Shown here: piece by piece, positions 25,101-37,660 of the stretch
How positions within the stretch are numbered: position 1 is the stretch's first letter
Layout: each line of letters opens with the position of its first letter
Source of the DNA: Eledone cirrhosa
Taxonomy: Eukaryota
NCBI GenBank assembly: GCA_964016885.1
Contig: OZ024741.1
Coordinates: forward strand, 5,518,001-5,582,000
DNA length: 64,000 bases
Reading direction: 5' to 3'
Program-made: the position numbers and the translations under genes
The notes under the pieces: model-generated
What the model saw: the letters and a program-made list of their open reading frames with translations, nothing else
Told to the model about the DNA's origin: nothing
Database searches by the model: none

Positions 25101-28100
25101 TGGTCCACTTGAGGTTATTACAGTGGTCCACTTGAGAAGGTTATTACAGTGGTCCACTTGAGGAGGTTATTACAATGGTCCACTTGGGGAGGTTATTACA
25201 GTGGTCCTCTTGAGGAGGCTATTACAGTGGTCCACTTGATGTTATTACAGTCGTCCACTTGAGGAGGTTATTACAGTGGTCCACTTGAGGAGGCTATTAC
25301 AGTGGTCCACTTGAGGTTATTACAGTGGTCCACTTGAGGAGGTTATTACAGTGGTCCACTTGAGGAGGTTATTACAGTGGTCCACTTGAGGTTAATACAG
25401 AGGTCCACTTGAGGAGGTTATTACAGTGGTCCACTTGAGGTTATTACAGTGGTCCATTTGAGGAGGTTATTACAGTGGTCCACTTGAGGAGGTTATTACA
25501 GTGGTCCACTTGAGGTTATTACAGTGGTCCACTTGTAGAGGTTATTACAGTGGTGCACTTCAGGTTATTACAGTGATCCACATGAGGATTTTATTACAGT
25601 GGTCCACTTGAGGTAGCTATTACAGTGGTCCACTTGAGGAGGTTATTACAGTGGTCCACTTTAGGTTATTACAGTGGTCCACCTGAGGTTATTACAGTGG
25701 TCCACTTGAGGAGGTTATTACAGTGGTCCACTTCAGGTTATTACAGTGGTGCACTTGAGGAGCCTATTACAGTGGTCCACTTGAGGTTATTAAAGTGGTC
25801 CACTTGAGGAGGTTATTAGAGTGGTATATTTTAGGTGGCTATTACAGTGGTCCACTTGAGGAGGTTATTACAGTGGTCCACTTGAGGAGGTTATTACAGT
25901 GGTCCAATTGAGGAGGTTATTACAGTGGTCCACTTGAGGTTATTACAGTGGTCCACGTGAGGAGGCTATTACAGTGGTCCACTTGAGGTGGCTATTACAG
26001 TGGTCCACTTGACGAGGTTATTACGGTGGTCCACTTGAGGTTTTTACAGTGGTCCACTTGAGGTTATTACAGTGGTCCACTTGAGGAGGCTATTACAGTG
26101 GTCCACTTGATGTTATTACAGTTGTCCACTTGAGGAAGCTATTACAGTGGTCCACTTGAGGTTATTACAGTGGTCCACTTGAGGAGGCTATTACAGTTGT
26201 CCACTTGATGTTATTACAGTGGTCCACTTGTGGAGGTTATTACAGTGGTCCACTTGAGGTTTTTACAGTGGTCCACTTGAGGTTATTACAGTGGTCCACT
26301 TGAGGAGGCTATTACAGTGGTCCACTTGATGTTATTACAGTTGTCCACTTGAGGAAGCTATTACAGTGGTCCACTTGAGGTTATTACAGTGGTCCACTTG
26401 AGGAGGCTATTACAGTGGTCCACTTGAGGTTATTACAGTGGTCCACTTGAGGAGGCTATTACAGTTGTCCACTTGATGTTATTACAGTGGTCCACTTGTG
26501 GAGGTTATTACAGTGGTCCACTTGAGGTTATTACAGTGGTCGACTTGAGCTTATTACAGTGGTCCACTTGAGGGGGCTATTACAGTGGTCCACTTGAGGA
26601 GGTTATTACAGTGGTCCACTTGAGGTTATTACAGTGGTCCACGTGAGGTTATTACAGTGGTCCACGTGAGGAGGCTATTACAGTGGTCCACTTGAGGTGG
26701 CTATTACAGTGGTCCACTTGACGAGGTTATTACGGTGGTCCACTTGAGGTTTTTACAGTGGTCCACTTGAGGTTATTACAGTGGTCCACTTGAGGAGGCT
26801 ATTACAGTGGTCCACTTGATGTTATTACAGTTGTCCACTTGAGGAAGCTATTACAGTGGTCCACTTGAGGTTATTACAGTGGTCCACTTGAGGAGGCTAT
26901 TACAGTTGTCCACTTGATGTTATTACAGTGGTCCACTTGTGGAGGTTATTACAGTGGTCCACTTGAGGTTTTTACAGTGGTCCACTTGAGGTTATTACAG
27001 TGGTCCACTTGAGGAGGCTATTACAGTGGTCCACTTGATGTTATTACAGTTGTCCACTTGAGGAAGCTATTACAGTGGTCCACTTGAGGTTATTACAGTG
27101 GTCCACTTGAGGAGGCTATTACAGTGGTCCACTTGAGGTTATTACAGTGGTCCACTTGAGGAGGCTATTACAGTTGTCCACTTGATGTTATTACAGTGGT
27201 CCACTTGTGGAGGTTATTACAGTGGTCCACTTGAGGTTATTACAGTGGTCGACTTGAGCTTATTACAGTGGTCCACTTGAGGGGGCTATTACAGTGGTCC
27301 ACTTGAGAAGGTTATTACAGTGGTCCACTTGAGGTTATTACAGTGGTCCACTTGAGGAGTTTATTACAGTGGTCCACTTGAGGGGTTATTACAGTTGTCC
27401 ACTTGAGAAGGTTATTACAGTGGTCCACTTGAGGAGGTTATTACAGTGGTCCACTTGATGTTATTACAGTGGTCCACTTGAGGAGGCTATTACAGTGGTC
27501 CACTTGAGGAGGTTATTACAGTGGTCCACTTGAGGAGGCTATTACAGTGGTCTACTTGAGGTTATTACAGTGGTCCACTTGAGGGGGTTATTACAGTGGT
27601 CCACTTGAGGTTATTACAGTGGTCCACTTGAGGAGGTTATTACAGTGGTCCAATTGAGGAGGTTATTACAGTGGTCCACTTGAGGTTATTACAGTGGACC
27701 AATTGTGGAGGTTATTACAGTGGTCCGCTTGAGGAGGTTATTACAGTGGTCCACTTGAGGTTATTACAGTGGTCCACTTGAGGAGGTTATTACAGTGCTC
27801 CACTTGAGGTTATTACAGTGGTCCACTTGAGGAGGTTATTACAGTGGTCCGTTTGAGGAGGTTATTACAGTGGTCCACTTGAGGTTATTACAGTGGTCCA
27901 CTTGAGGAGGTTATTACAGTGGTCCACTTGAGGAGGTTATTAGAGTGGTCCACTTGAGGAGGTTATTACAGAGGTCCAATTGAGGAGGTTATTACAGTGG
28001 TCCACTTGAGGAGGTTATTACAGTGGTCCAGTTGAGGTTATTACAGTGGTACACTAGAGGAGGTTATTACAGTGGTCCACTTGAGGTTATTACAGTGGTC

Positions 28101-31100
28101 CACTTGAGGAGGTTATTACAGTGGTCCACTTGAGGTTATTACAGTGGTCCACTTGAGGAGGCTATTACAGTGGTCCACTTGAGGTTATTACAGTGGTCCA
28201 CTTGAGGAGGTTATTACAGTGGTCCACTTGAGGTTATTACAGTGGTCCACTTGAGGAGGTTATTACAGTGGTCCAATTGAGGAGGTTATTACAGTGGTCC
28301 ACTTGATGTTATTACAGTGGGCCACTAGAGGAGGTTATTACAGTGGTCCACTTGAGGTTATTACAGTGGTCCACTTGAGGAGGCTATTACAGTGGTCCAC
28401 TTGAGGAGGTTATTACAGTGGTCCACTTGAGGAGGTTATTACAGTAGTCCACTTGAGGTGGTTATTACAGTGGTCCACTTGAGGTGGTTATTACAGTGGT
28501 CCACTTGAGGAGGCTATTACAGTGGTCCACTTGAGGAGGTTATTACAGTGGTCCACTTGAGGTTATTACAGTGGTCCACTTGAGGTTATTATAGTGGTTC
28601 ACTTGAGGAGGCTATTACAGTGGTCCACTTGAGGTTATTACAGTGGTCCACTTGAGCAGGTTATTACAGTGGTCCACTTGAGAAGGCTATTACAGTGGTC
28701 CACTTGAGAAGGTTATTACAGTGGTCCACTTGAGGTTATTACAGTGGACCATTTGAGGAGGTTATTACAGTGCTCCACTTGAGGAGGTTATTACAGTGGT
28801 CCACTTGAGGAGGTTATTACAGTGGTCCACTTGAGGAGGTTATTACAGTGGTCCACTTGAGGAGGTTATTACAGTGGTCCACTTGAGGTGGCTATTACAG
28901 TGGTTCACTTGAGGTTATTACATTGGTCCAATTGAGGAGGTTATTACAGTGGTCCACTTGAGGTTATTACAATGGTCCAATTGAGGAGGTTATTACAGTG
29001 GTCCACTTGAGGAGGCTATTAGAATGGTCCACTTGAGGTTATTACAGTGGTCCACTTGAGGAGGTTAATACAGTGGTCCACTTGAGTTTATTACAGTGGT
29101 CCACTTGAGGAGGCTATTACAGTGGTCCACTTGAATAGGTTATTACAGTGGTCCACTTGAGGTTATTACAGTGGTCCACTTGTGGAGGCTATTACAGTGG
29201 TCCACTTGAGGTTATTACAGTGGTCCACTTGAGGAGGTTATTACAGTGGTCCACTTGAGGTTATTACAGTGGTCCACTTGAGGAGGCTATTACAGTGGTC
29301 CATTTGAGGTTATTACAGTGGTCCACTTGAGGAGGTTATTACAGTGGTCCCCTTGAGGTTATTACAGTGGTCCACTTGAGGTTATTACAGTTGTCCACTT
29401 GATGTTATTACAGTGGTCCACTTGAGGAGGCTATTACAGTGGTCCACTTGAGGTTATTACAGTGATCCACTTGAGGAGGTTATTACAGTGGTCCACTTGA
29501 GGTTATTACAGTGATCCACTTGAGGTTATTACAGTGGTCCACTTGAGGAGGCTATTACAGTGGTCCACTTGAGGTTATTACAGTTGTCCACTTGAGGAAG
29601 CTATTACAGTGGTCCACTTGAGGTTATTACAGTGGTCCACTTGAGGAGGCTATTACAGTGGTCCACTTGATGTTATTACAGTGGTCCACTTGTGGAGGTT
29701 ATTACAGTGGTCCACTTGAGGGGGCTATTACAGTGGTCCACTTGAGAAGGTTATTACAGTGGTCCACTTGAGGTTATTACAGTGGTCCACTTGAGGAGTT
29801 TATTACAGTGGTCCACTTGAGGGGTTATTACAGTGGTCCACTTGAGAAGGTTATTACAGTGGTCCACTTGAGGAGGTTATTACAGTGGTCCACTTGATGT
29901 TATTACAGTGGTCCACTTGAGGAGGCTATTACATTGGTCCACTTGAGGAGGTTATTACAGTGGTCCACTTGAGGAGGCTATTACAGTGGTCTACTTGAGG
30001 TTATTACAGTGGTCCACTTGAGGGGGTTATTACAGTGGTTCCACTTGAGGTTATTACAGTGGTCCACTTGAGGAGGTTATTACAGTGGTCCAATTGAGGA
30101 GGTTATTACAGTGGTCCACTTGAGGTTATTACAGTGGACCAATTGAGGAGGTTATTACAGTGGTCCGCTTGAGGAGGTTATTACAGTGGTCCACTTGAGG
30201 TTATTACAGTGGTCCACTTGAGGAGGTTATTACAGTGGTCCACTTGAGGTTATTACAGTGGTCCACTTGAGGAGGTTATTACAGTGGTCCGTTTGAGGAG
30301 GTTATTACAGTGGTCCACTTGAGGTTATTACAGTGGTCCACTTGAGGAGGTTATTAAAGTGGTCCAATTGAGGAGGTTATTACAGTGGTCCACTTGAGGA
30401 GGTTATTACAGTGGTCCACTTGAGGAGGTTATTACAGTGGTCCAATTGAGGAGGTTATTACAGTGGTCCACTTGAGGAGGTTATTACAATGGTCCAGTTG
30501 AGGTTATTACAGTGGTACAATAGAGGAGGTTTTTACAGTGGTCCACTTGAGGTTATTACAGTGGTCCACTTGAGGAGGTTATTACAGTGGTCCACTTGAG
30601 GTTATTACAGTGGTCCACTTGAGGAGGTTATTACAGTGGTCCACTTGAGGCTATTACAGTGGTCCACTTGAGGTTATTACAGTGGTCCACTTGAGGAGGT
30701 TATTACAGTGGTCCACTTGAGGTTATTACAGTGGTCCACTTGAGGAGGTTATTACAGTGGTCCAATTGAGGAGGTTATTACAGTGGTCCACTTGAGGTTA
30801 TTACAGTAGGCCACTAGAGGAGGTTATTACAGTGGTCCACTTGAGGTTATTACAGTGGTCCACTTGAGGAGGCTATTACAGTGGTCCACTTGAGGAGGTT
30901 ATTACAGTGGTCCACTTGAGGAGGTTATTACAGTAGTCCACTTGAGGTGGTTATTACAGTGGTCCACTTGAGGTGGTTATTACAGTGGTCCACTTGAGGA
31001 GGCTATTACAGTGGTCCACTTGAGGAGGTTATTACAGTGGTCCACTTGAGGTTATTACAGTGGTCCACTTGAGGTTATTATAGTGGTCCACTTGAGGAGG

Positions 31101-34100
31101 CTATTACAGTGGTCCACTTGAGGTTATTACAGTGGTCCACTTGAGGAGGCTATTAAAGTGGTCCACTTGAGGTTATTACAGTGATCCACTTGAGGAGGCT
31201 ATTACAGTGGTCCACTTGAGGTTATTTCAGTGATCCACTTGAGGAGGTTATTACAGTGGTCCACTTGAGGTTATTACAGTGGTCCACTTGAGGTTATTAC
31301 AGTGGTCCACTTGAGGGGGCTATTACAGTGGTCCACTTGAGAAGGTTATTACAGTGGTCAAGTTGAGGTTATTACAGTGGTCCCCTTGAGGAGGCTATTA
31401 CAGTGGTCCACTTGAGAATGCTATTACAGTGGTCCACTTGAGGTTATTACAGTGGTCCACTTGAGAATGCTATTACATTGTCCACTTGAGAAGGTTATTA
31501 CAGTGGTCCACTTGAGGTTATTACAGTGGACCATTTGAGGAGGTTATTACAGTGCTCCACTTGAGGAGGTTATTACAGTGATCCACTTGAGGAGGCTATT
31601 ACAGTGGTCCACTTGAGGAGGTTATTACAGTGGTCCACTTGAGGAGGTTATTACAGTGGTCCACTTGAGGTGGCTATTACAGTGGTTCACTTGAGGTTAT
31701 TACAGTGGTCCAATTGAGGAGGTTATTACAGTGGTCCACTTGAGGTTATTACAGTGGTCCAATTGAGGAGGTTATTACAGTGGTCCACTTGAGGAGGCTA
31801 TTACAGTGGTCCACTTGAGGTTATTACAGTGGTCCACTTGAGGAGGTTAATACAGTGGTCCACTTGAGGTTATTACAGTGGTCCACTTGAGGAGGCTATA
31901 ACAGTGGTCCACTTGAGGAGGTTATTACAGTGGTCCACTTGAGGTTATTACAGTGGTCCACTTGTGGAGGCAATTACAGTGGTCCACTTGAGGTTATTAC
32001 AGTGGTCCACTTGAGGAGGTTATTACAGTGGTCCACTTGAGGTTATTACAGTGGTCCAATTGAGGAGGCTATTACAGTGGTCCACTTGAGGTTATTACAG
32101 TGGTCCACTTGAGGAGGTTATTACAGTGGTCCACTTGAGGTTATTATAGTAGTCCACTTGAGGAGGCTATTACAGTGGTCCACTTGAGAAGGTTATTACA
32201 GTGGTCCACTTGAGGTTATTACAGTGGACCATTTGAGGAGGTTATTACAGTGGTCCAATTGAGGAGGTTATTACAGTGGTCCACTTGAGGTTATTACAGT
32301 GGTCCACTTGAGGAGGTTATTACAGTGGTCCACTTGAGGTTATTACAGTGTTCCACTTGAGGTGGTTACTACAGTGGTCCATTTGAGGAGGTTATTACAG
32401 TGGTCCACTTGAGGTTATTACAGTGGTCCACTTGAGGAGGCTATTACAGTGGTCCACTTAAGGTTATTAAAGTGGTCCACTTGAGGAGGTTATTACAGTG
32501 GCCCACTTGAGGAGGTTATTACAGTGGTCCACTTGAGGCTATTACAGTGGTCCACTTGAGGAGGCCATTACAGTGGTCCACTTGAGGTTATTACAGTGGT
32601 CCACTTGAGGAGGTTATTACAGTGGTCCACTTGAGGTTATTACAGTGGTCCACTTGAGGAGGTTATTACAGTGGTCCAATTGAGAAGGGTATTACAGTGG
32701 TCCACTTGAGGAGGCTATTACAGTGGTCCACTTGAGAAGGTTATTACAGTGGCCCACTTGAGGTTATTACAGTGGTCCACTTGAGGATGTTTTTAGAGTT
32801 GTCCACTTGAGGAGGTTATTACAGTGGTCCAATTGAGAAGGTTATTACAGTGGTCCACTTTAGGTCATTCCAGTGGTCCACTTGAGGTGGTTATTACAGC
32901 GGTCCACTTGAGATTATTAAAGTAGTCCAATTGAGGTTATTACAGTGGTCCACTTGAGGTTATTACAGTGGTCCACTTGAGGTTATTACAGTGGTCCACT
33001 TGTAGAGGTTATTACAGTGGTGCACTTCAGGTTATTACAGTGGTCCACATGAGGATTTTATTACAGTGGTCCACTTGAGGTGGCTATTACAGTGGTCCAC
33101 TTGAGGAGGTTATTACAGTGGTCCACTTGAGGTTATTACAGTGGTCCACTTGAGGTTATTACAGTGGTCCACTTGAGAAGGTTATTACAGTGGTCCACTT
33201 GAGGAGGTTATTACAGTGGTCCACTTGGGGAGGTTATTACAGTGGTCCACTTGAGGAGGCTATTACAGTGGTCCACTTGAGGTTATTACAGTGGTCCACT
33301 TGAGGAGGTTATTACAGTGGTCCACTTGAGGAGGTTATTACAGTGGTCCACTTGAGGAGGTTATTACAGTGGTCCACTTGAGGAGGCTATTACAGTGGTC
33401 CACTTGAGGTTATTACAGTGGTCCACTTGAGGAGGTTATTACAGTGGTCCACTTGAGGAGGTTATTACAGTGGTCCACTTGAGGTTAATACAGTGGTCCA
33501 CTTGAGGAGGTTATTACAGTGGTCCACTTGAGGATATTACAGTGGTCCATTTGAGGAGGTTATTACAGTGGTCCACTTGAGGAGGTTATTACAGTGGTCC
33601 ACTTGAGGTTATTACAGTGGTCCACTTGTAGAGGTTATTACAGTGGTGCACTTCAGGTTATTACAGTGGTCCACATGAGGATTTTATTACAGTGGTCCAC
33701 TTGAGGTAGCTATTACAGTGGTCCACTTGAGGTGGTTATTACAGTGGCCACTTTAGGTTATTACAGTGGTCCACCTGAGGTTATTACAGTGGTCCACTTG
33801 AGGAGGTTATTACAGTGGTCCACTTCAGGTTATTACAGTGGTGCACTTGAGGAGCCTATTACAGTGGTCCACTTGAGGTTATTAAAGTGGTCCACTTGAG
33901 GAGGTTATTACAGTGGTCCACTTGAGGTTATTACAGTGGTCCACGTGAGGAGGCTATTACAGTGGTCCACTTGAGGTGGCTATTACAGTGGAACACTTGA
34001 GGAGGCTATTACAGTGGTCCACTTGAGGTTATTACAGTGGTCCACTTGAGGAGGCTATTAAAGAGGTCCACTTGAGGTTATTACAGTGGTCTTCTTGATG

Positions 34101-36473
34101 TTATTACAGTGGTCCACTTGAAGTTATTACAGTGGTCCACTTGAGGAGGCTATTACAGAGGTCCACTTGAGATTATTACGGTGGTCCACTTGAGGAGGTT
34201 ATTACAGTGGTCTTCTTGATGTTATTACAGTGGTCCACTTGAAGTTATTACAGTGGTCCACTTGAGGAGGCTATTACAGAGGTCCACTTGAGATTATTAC
34301 AGTGGTCCACTTGAGGAGACTATTACAGTGGTCCACTTGAGGAGGTTATTACAGTGGTCCACTTGAGGAGGTTATTACAGTGGTCCACTTGAGGTTATTA
34401 CAGTGGTCCAATTGAGAAGGTTATTACAGTGGTCCACTTGAGGAGGCTATTACAGTGGTCCACTTGAGGAGGTTATTACAGTGGTCCATTTGAGCTCATT
34501 ACAGTGGTCCACTTGAGGAGGTTATTACAGTGGTCCACTTGAGGAGGTTATTACAGTGGTCCACTTGAGTTTATTACAGTGGTCCACTTGAGGAGGCTAT
34601 TACAGTGGTCCACTTGAGTTTATTACAGTGGTCCACTTGAGGAGGCTATTACAGTGGTCCATTTGAGGTTATTACAGTGGTCCACTTGAGGAGGTTATTA
34701 CACTGGTCCACTTGAGGTTATTACAGTGGTCCACTTGAGGTTATTACAGTGGTCCACTTGAGGAGGCTATTACAGTGGTCCACTTGAGGTTATTACAGTG
34801 AGCCACTTGGGGAGGTTATTACAGTGGTCCACTTGAGGTTATTACAGTGGTCCACTTGAGGTTATTACAGTGGTCCACTTGAGGAGGCTATTACAGTGGT
34901 CCACTTTAGGTTATTACAGTTGTCCACTTGAGGAAGCTATTACAGTGGTCCACTTGAGGAGGCTATTACAGTGGTCCACTTGAGGTTATTACAGTGGTCC
35001 ACTTGAGGTTATTACAGTGGTCCACTTGAGGAGGCTATTACAGTGGTCCACTTGATGTTATTACAGTGGTCCACTTGTGGAGGTTATTACAGTGGTCCAC
35101 TTGAGGTTATTACAGTGGTCGACTTGAGGTTATTACAGTGGTCCACTTGAGGGGGCTATTACAGTGGTCCACTCGAGAAGGTTGTTACAGAGGTCCACTT
35201 GAGGTTATTACAGTGGTCCACTTGAGGAGTTTATTACAGTGGTCCACTTGAGGAGTTATTACAGTGGTCCACTTGAGAAGGTTATTACAGTGGTCCACTT
35301 GAGGAGGTTATTACAGTGGTCCACTTGATGTTATTACAGTGGTCCACTTGAGGAGGCTATTACAGTGGTCCACTTGAGGAGGTTATTACAGTGGTCCACT
35401 TGAGGAGGCTATTACAGTGGTCTACTTGAGGTTATTACAGTGGTCCACTTGAGGGGGTTATTACAGTGGTCCACTTGAGGTTATTACAGTGGTCCACTTG
35501 AGGAGGTTATTACAGTGGTCCAATTGAGGAGGTTATTACAGTGGTCCACTTGAGGTTATTACAGTGGACCAATTGAGGAGGTTATTACAGTGGTCCGCTT
35601 AAGGAGATTATTACAGTGGTCCACTTGAGGTTATTACAGTGGTCCACTTGAGGAGGTTATTACAGTGGTCCACTTGATGTTATTACAGTGGTCCACTTGA
35701 GGAGGTTATTACAGTGGTCCGTTTGAGGAGGTTATTACAGTGGTCCACTTGAGGTTATTACAGTGGTCCACTTGAGGAGGTTATTACAGTGGTCCAATTG
35801 AGGAGGTTATTACAGTGGTCCACTTGAGGAGGTTATTACAGTAGTCCACTTGAGGAGGTTATTACAGTGGTCCAGTTGAGGTTATTACAGTGGTACACTA
35901 GAGGTGGTTATTACAGTGGTCCACTTGAGGTTATTACAGTGGTCCACTTGAGGAGGTTATTACAGTGGTCCACTTGAGGTTATTACAGTGGTCCACTTGA
36001 GGAGGCTATTACAGTGGTCCACTTGAGGTTATTACAGTGGTCCTCTTGAGGAGGTTATTACAGTGGTCCACTTGAGGTTATTACAGTGGTCCACTTGAGG
36101 AGGTTATTACAGTGGTCCACTTGAGGTTATTACAGTGGTCCACTAGAGGAGGTTATTACAGTGGTCCACTTGAGGTTATTACAGTGGTCCACTTGAGGAG
36201 GCTATTACAGTGGTCCACTTGAGGAGGTTATTACAGTGGTCCACTTGAGGAGGTTATTACAGTGGTCCAATTGAGAAGGTTATTACAGTGGTCCACTTGA
36301 GGTGGTTATTACAGTGGTCCACTTGAGGAGGCTATTACAGTGGTCCACTTGAGGAGGTTATTACAGTGGTCCACTTGAGGTTATTACAGTGGTCCACTTG
36401 AGGTTATTATAGTGGTCCACTTGAGGAGGCTATTACAGTGGTCCACTTGAGGTTATTACAGTGGTCCACTTGA
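25101..36473 (+). repeat. Block X', second copy of the 11.3-kb tandem duplication
   Basis: Same order of rare variants as 13790-25100, with a few private SNVs and monomer indels. It diverges at tgaagaggct near 36473. Confidence 0.93.
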
Positions 36474-37660
36474 AGAGGCTATTAAAGTGGTCCACTTGAG
36501 GTTATTACAGTGATCCACTTGAGGAGGCTATTACAGTGGTCCACTTGAGGTTATTTCAGTGATCCACTTGAGGAGGTTATTACAGTGGTCCACTTGAGGT
36601 TATTACAGTGGTCCACTTGAGGTTATTACAGTGGTCCACTTGAGGGGACTATTACAGTGGTCCACTTGAGAAGTTTATTACAGTGGTCCACTTGAGAAGG
36701 TTATTACAGTGGTCCCCTTGAGGTTATTACAGTGGTCCACTTGAGGTTATTACATTGGTCCACTTGAGGAGGTTATTACAGTGGTCCACTTGAGAAGGCT
36801 ATTACAGTGGTCCACTTGAGAAGGTTATTACAGTGGTCCCTTTGAGGTTATTACAATGGTCCACTTGAGGTTATTACAGTGGTCCACTTGAGGAGGTTAT
36901 TACAGTGGTCCACTTGAGGTTATTACAGTGTTCCACTTGAGGTGGTTACTACAGTGGTCCACTTGAGGAGGTTATTACAGTGGTCCACTTGAGGTTATTA
37001 CAGTGGTCCACTTGAGGAGGCTATTACAGTGGTCCACTTAAGGTTATTACAGTGGTCCACTTGAGGAGGATATTACAATGGCCCACTTGAGGAGGTTATT
37101 ACAGTGGTCCACTTGAGGCTATTACAGTGGTCCACTTGAGGAGGCCATTACAGTGGTCCACTTAAGGTTATTACAGTGGTCCACTTGAGGAGGCTATTAC
37201 AGCGGTCCACTTGAGGTTATTACAGTGGTCCACTTGAGGAGGTTATTACAGTGGTCCACTTGAGGTTATTACAGTGGTCCACTTGAGGAGGCTATTACAG
37301 TGGTCCACTTGAGAAGGTTATTACAGTGGCCCACTTGAGGTTATTACAGTGGTCCACTTGAGGTTACTACAGTGGTCCACTTGAGGAGGTTATTACAGTG
37401 GTCCACTTGAGGTTATTACAGTTGTCCACTTGAGGAGGTTATTACAGTGGTCCACTTGAGGTTATTACAGTGGTCCACTTGAGGAGGCTATTACAGCGGT
37501 CCACTTGAGGTTATTACAGTGGTCCACTTGAGGAGGTTATTACAGTGGTCCACTTGAGGTTATTACAGTGGTCCACTTGAGGAGGCTATTACAGTGGTCC
37601 ACTTGAGAAGGTTATTACAGTGGCCCACTTGAGGTTATTACAGTGGTCCACTTGAGGAGG

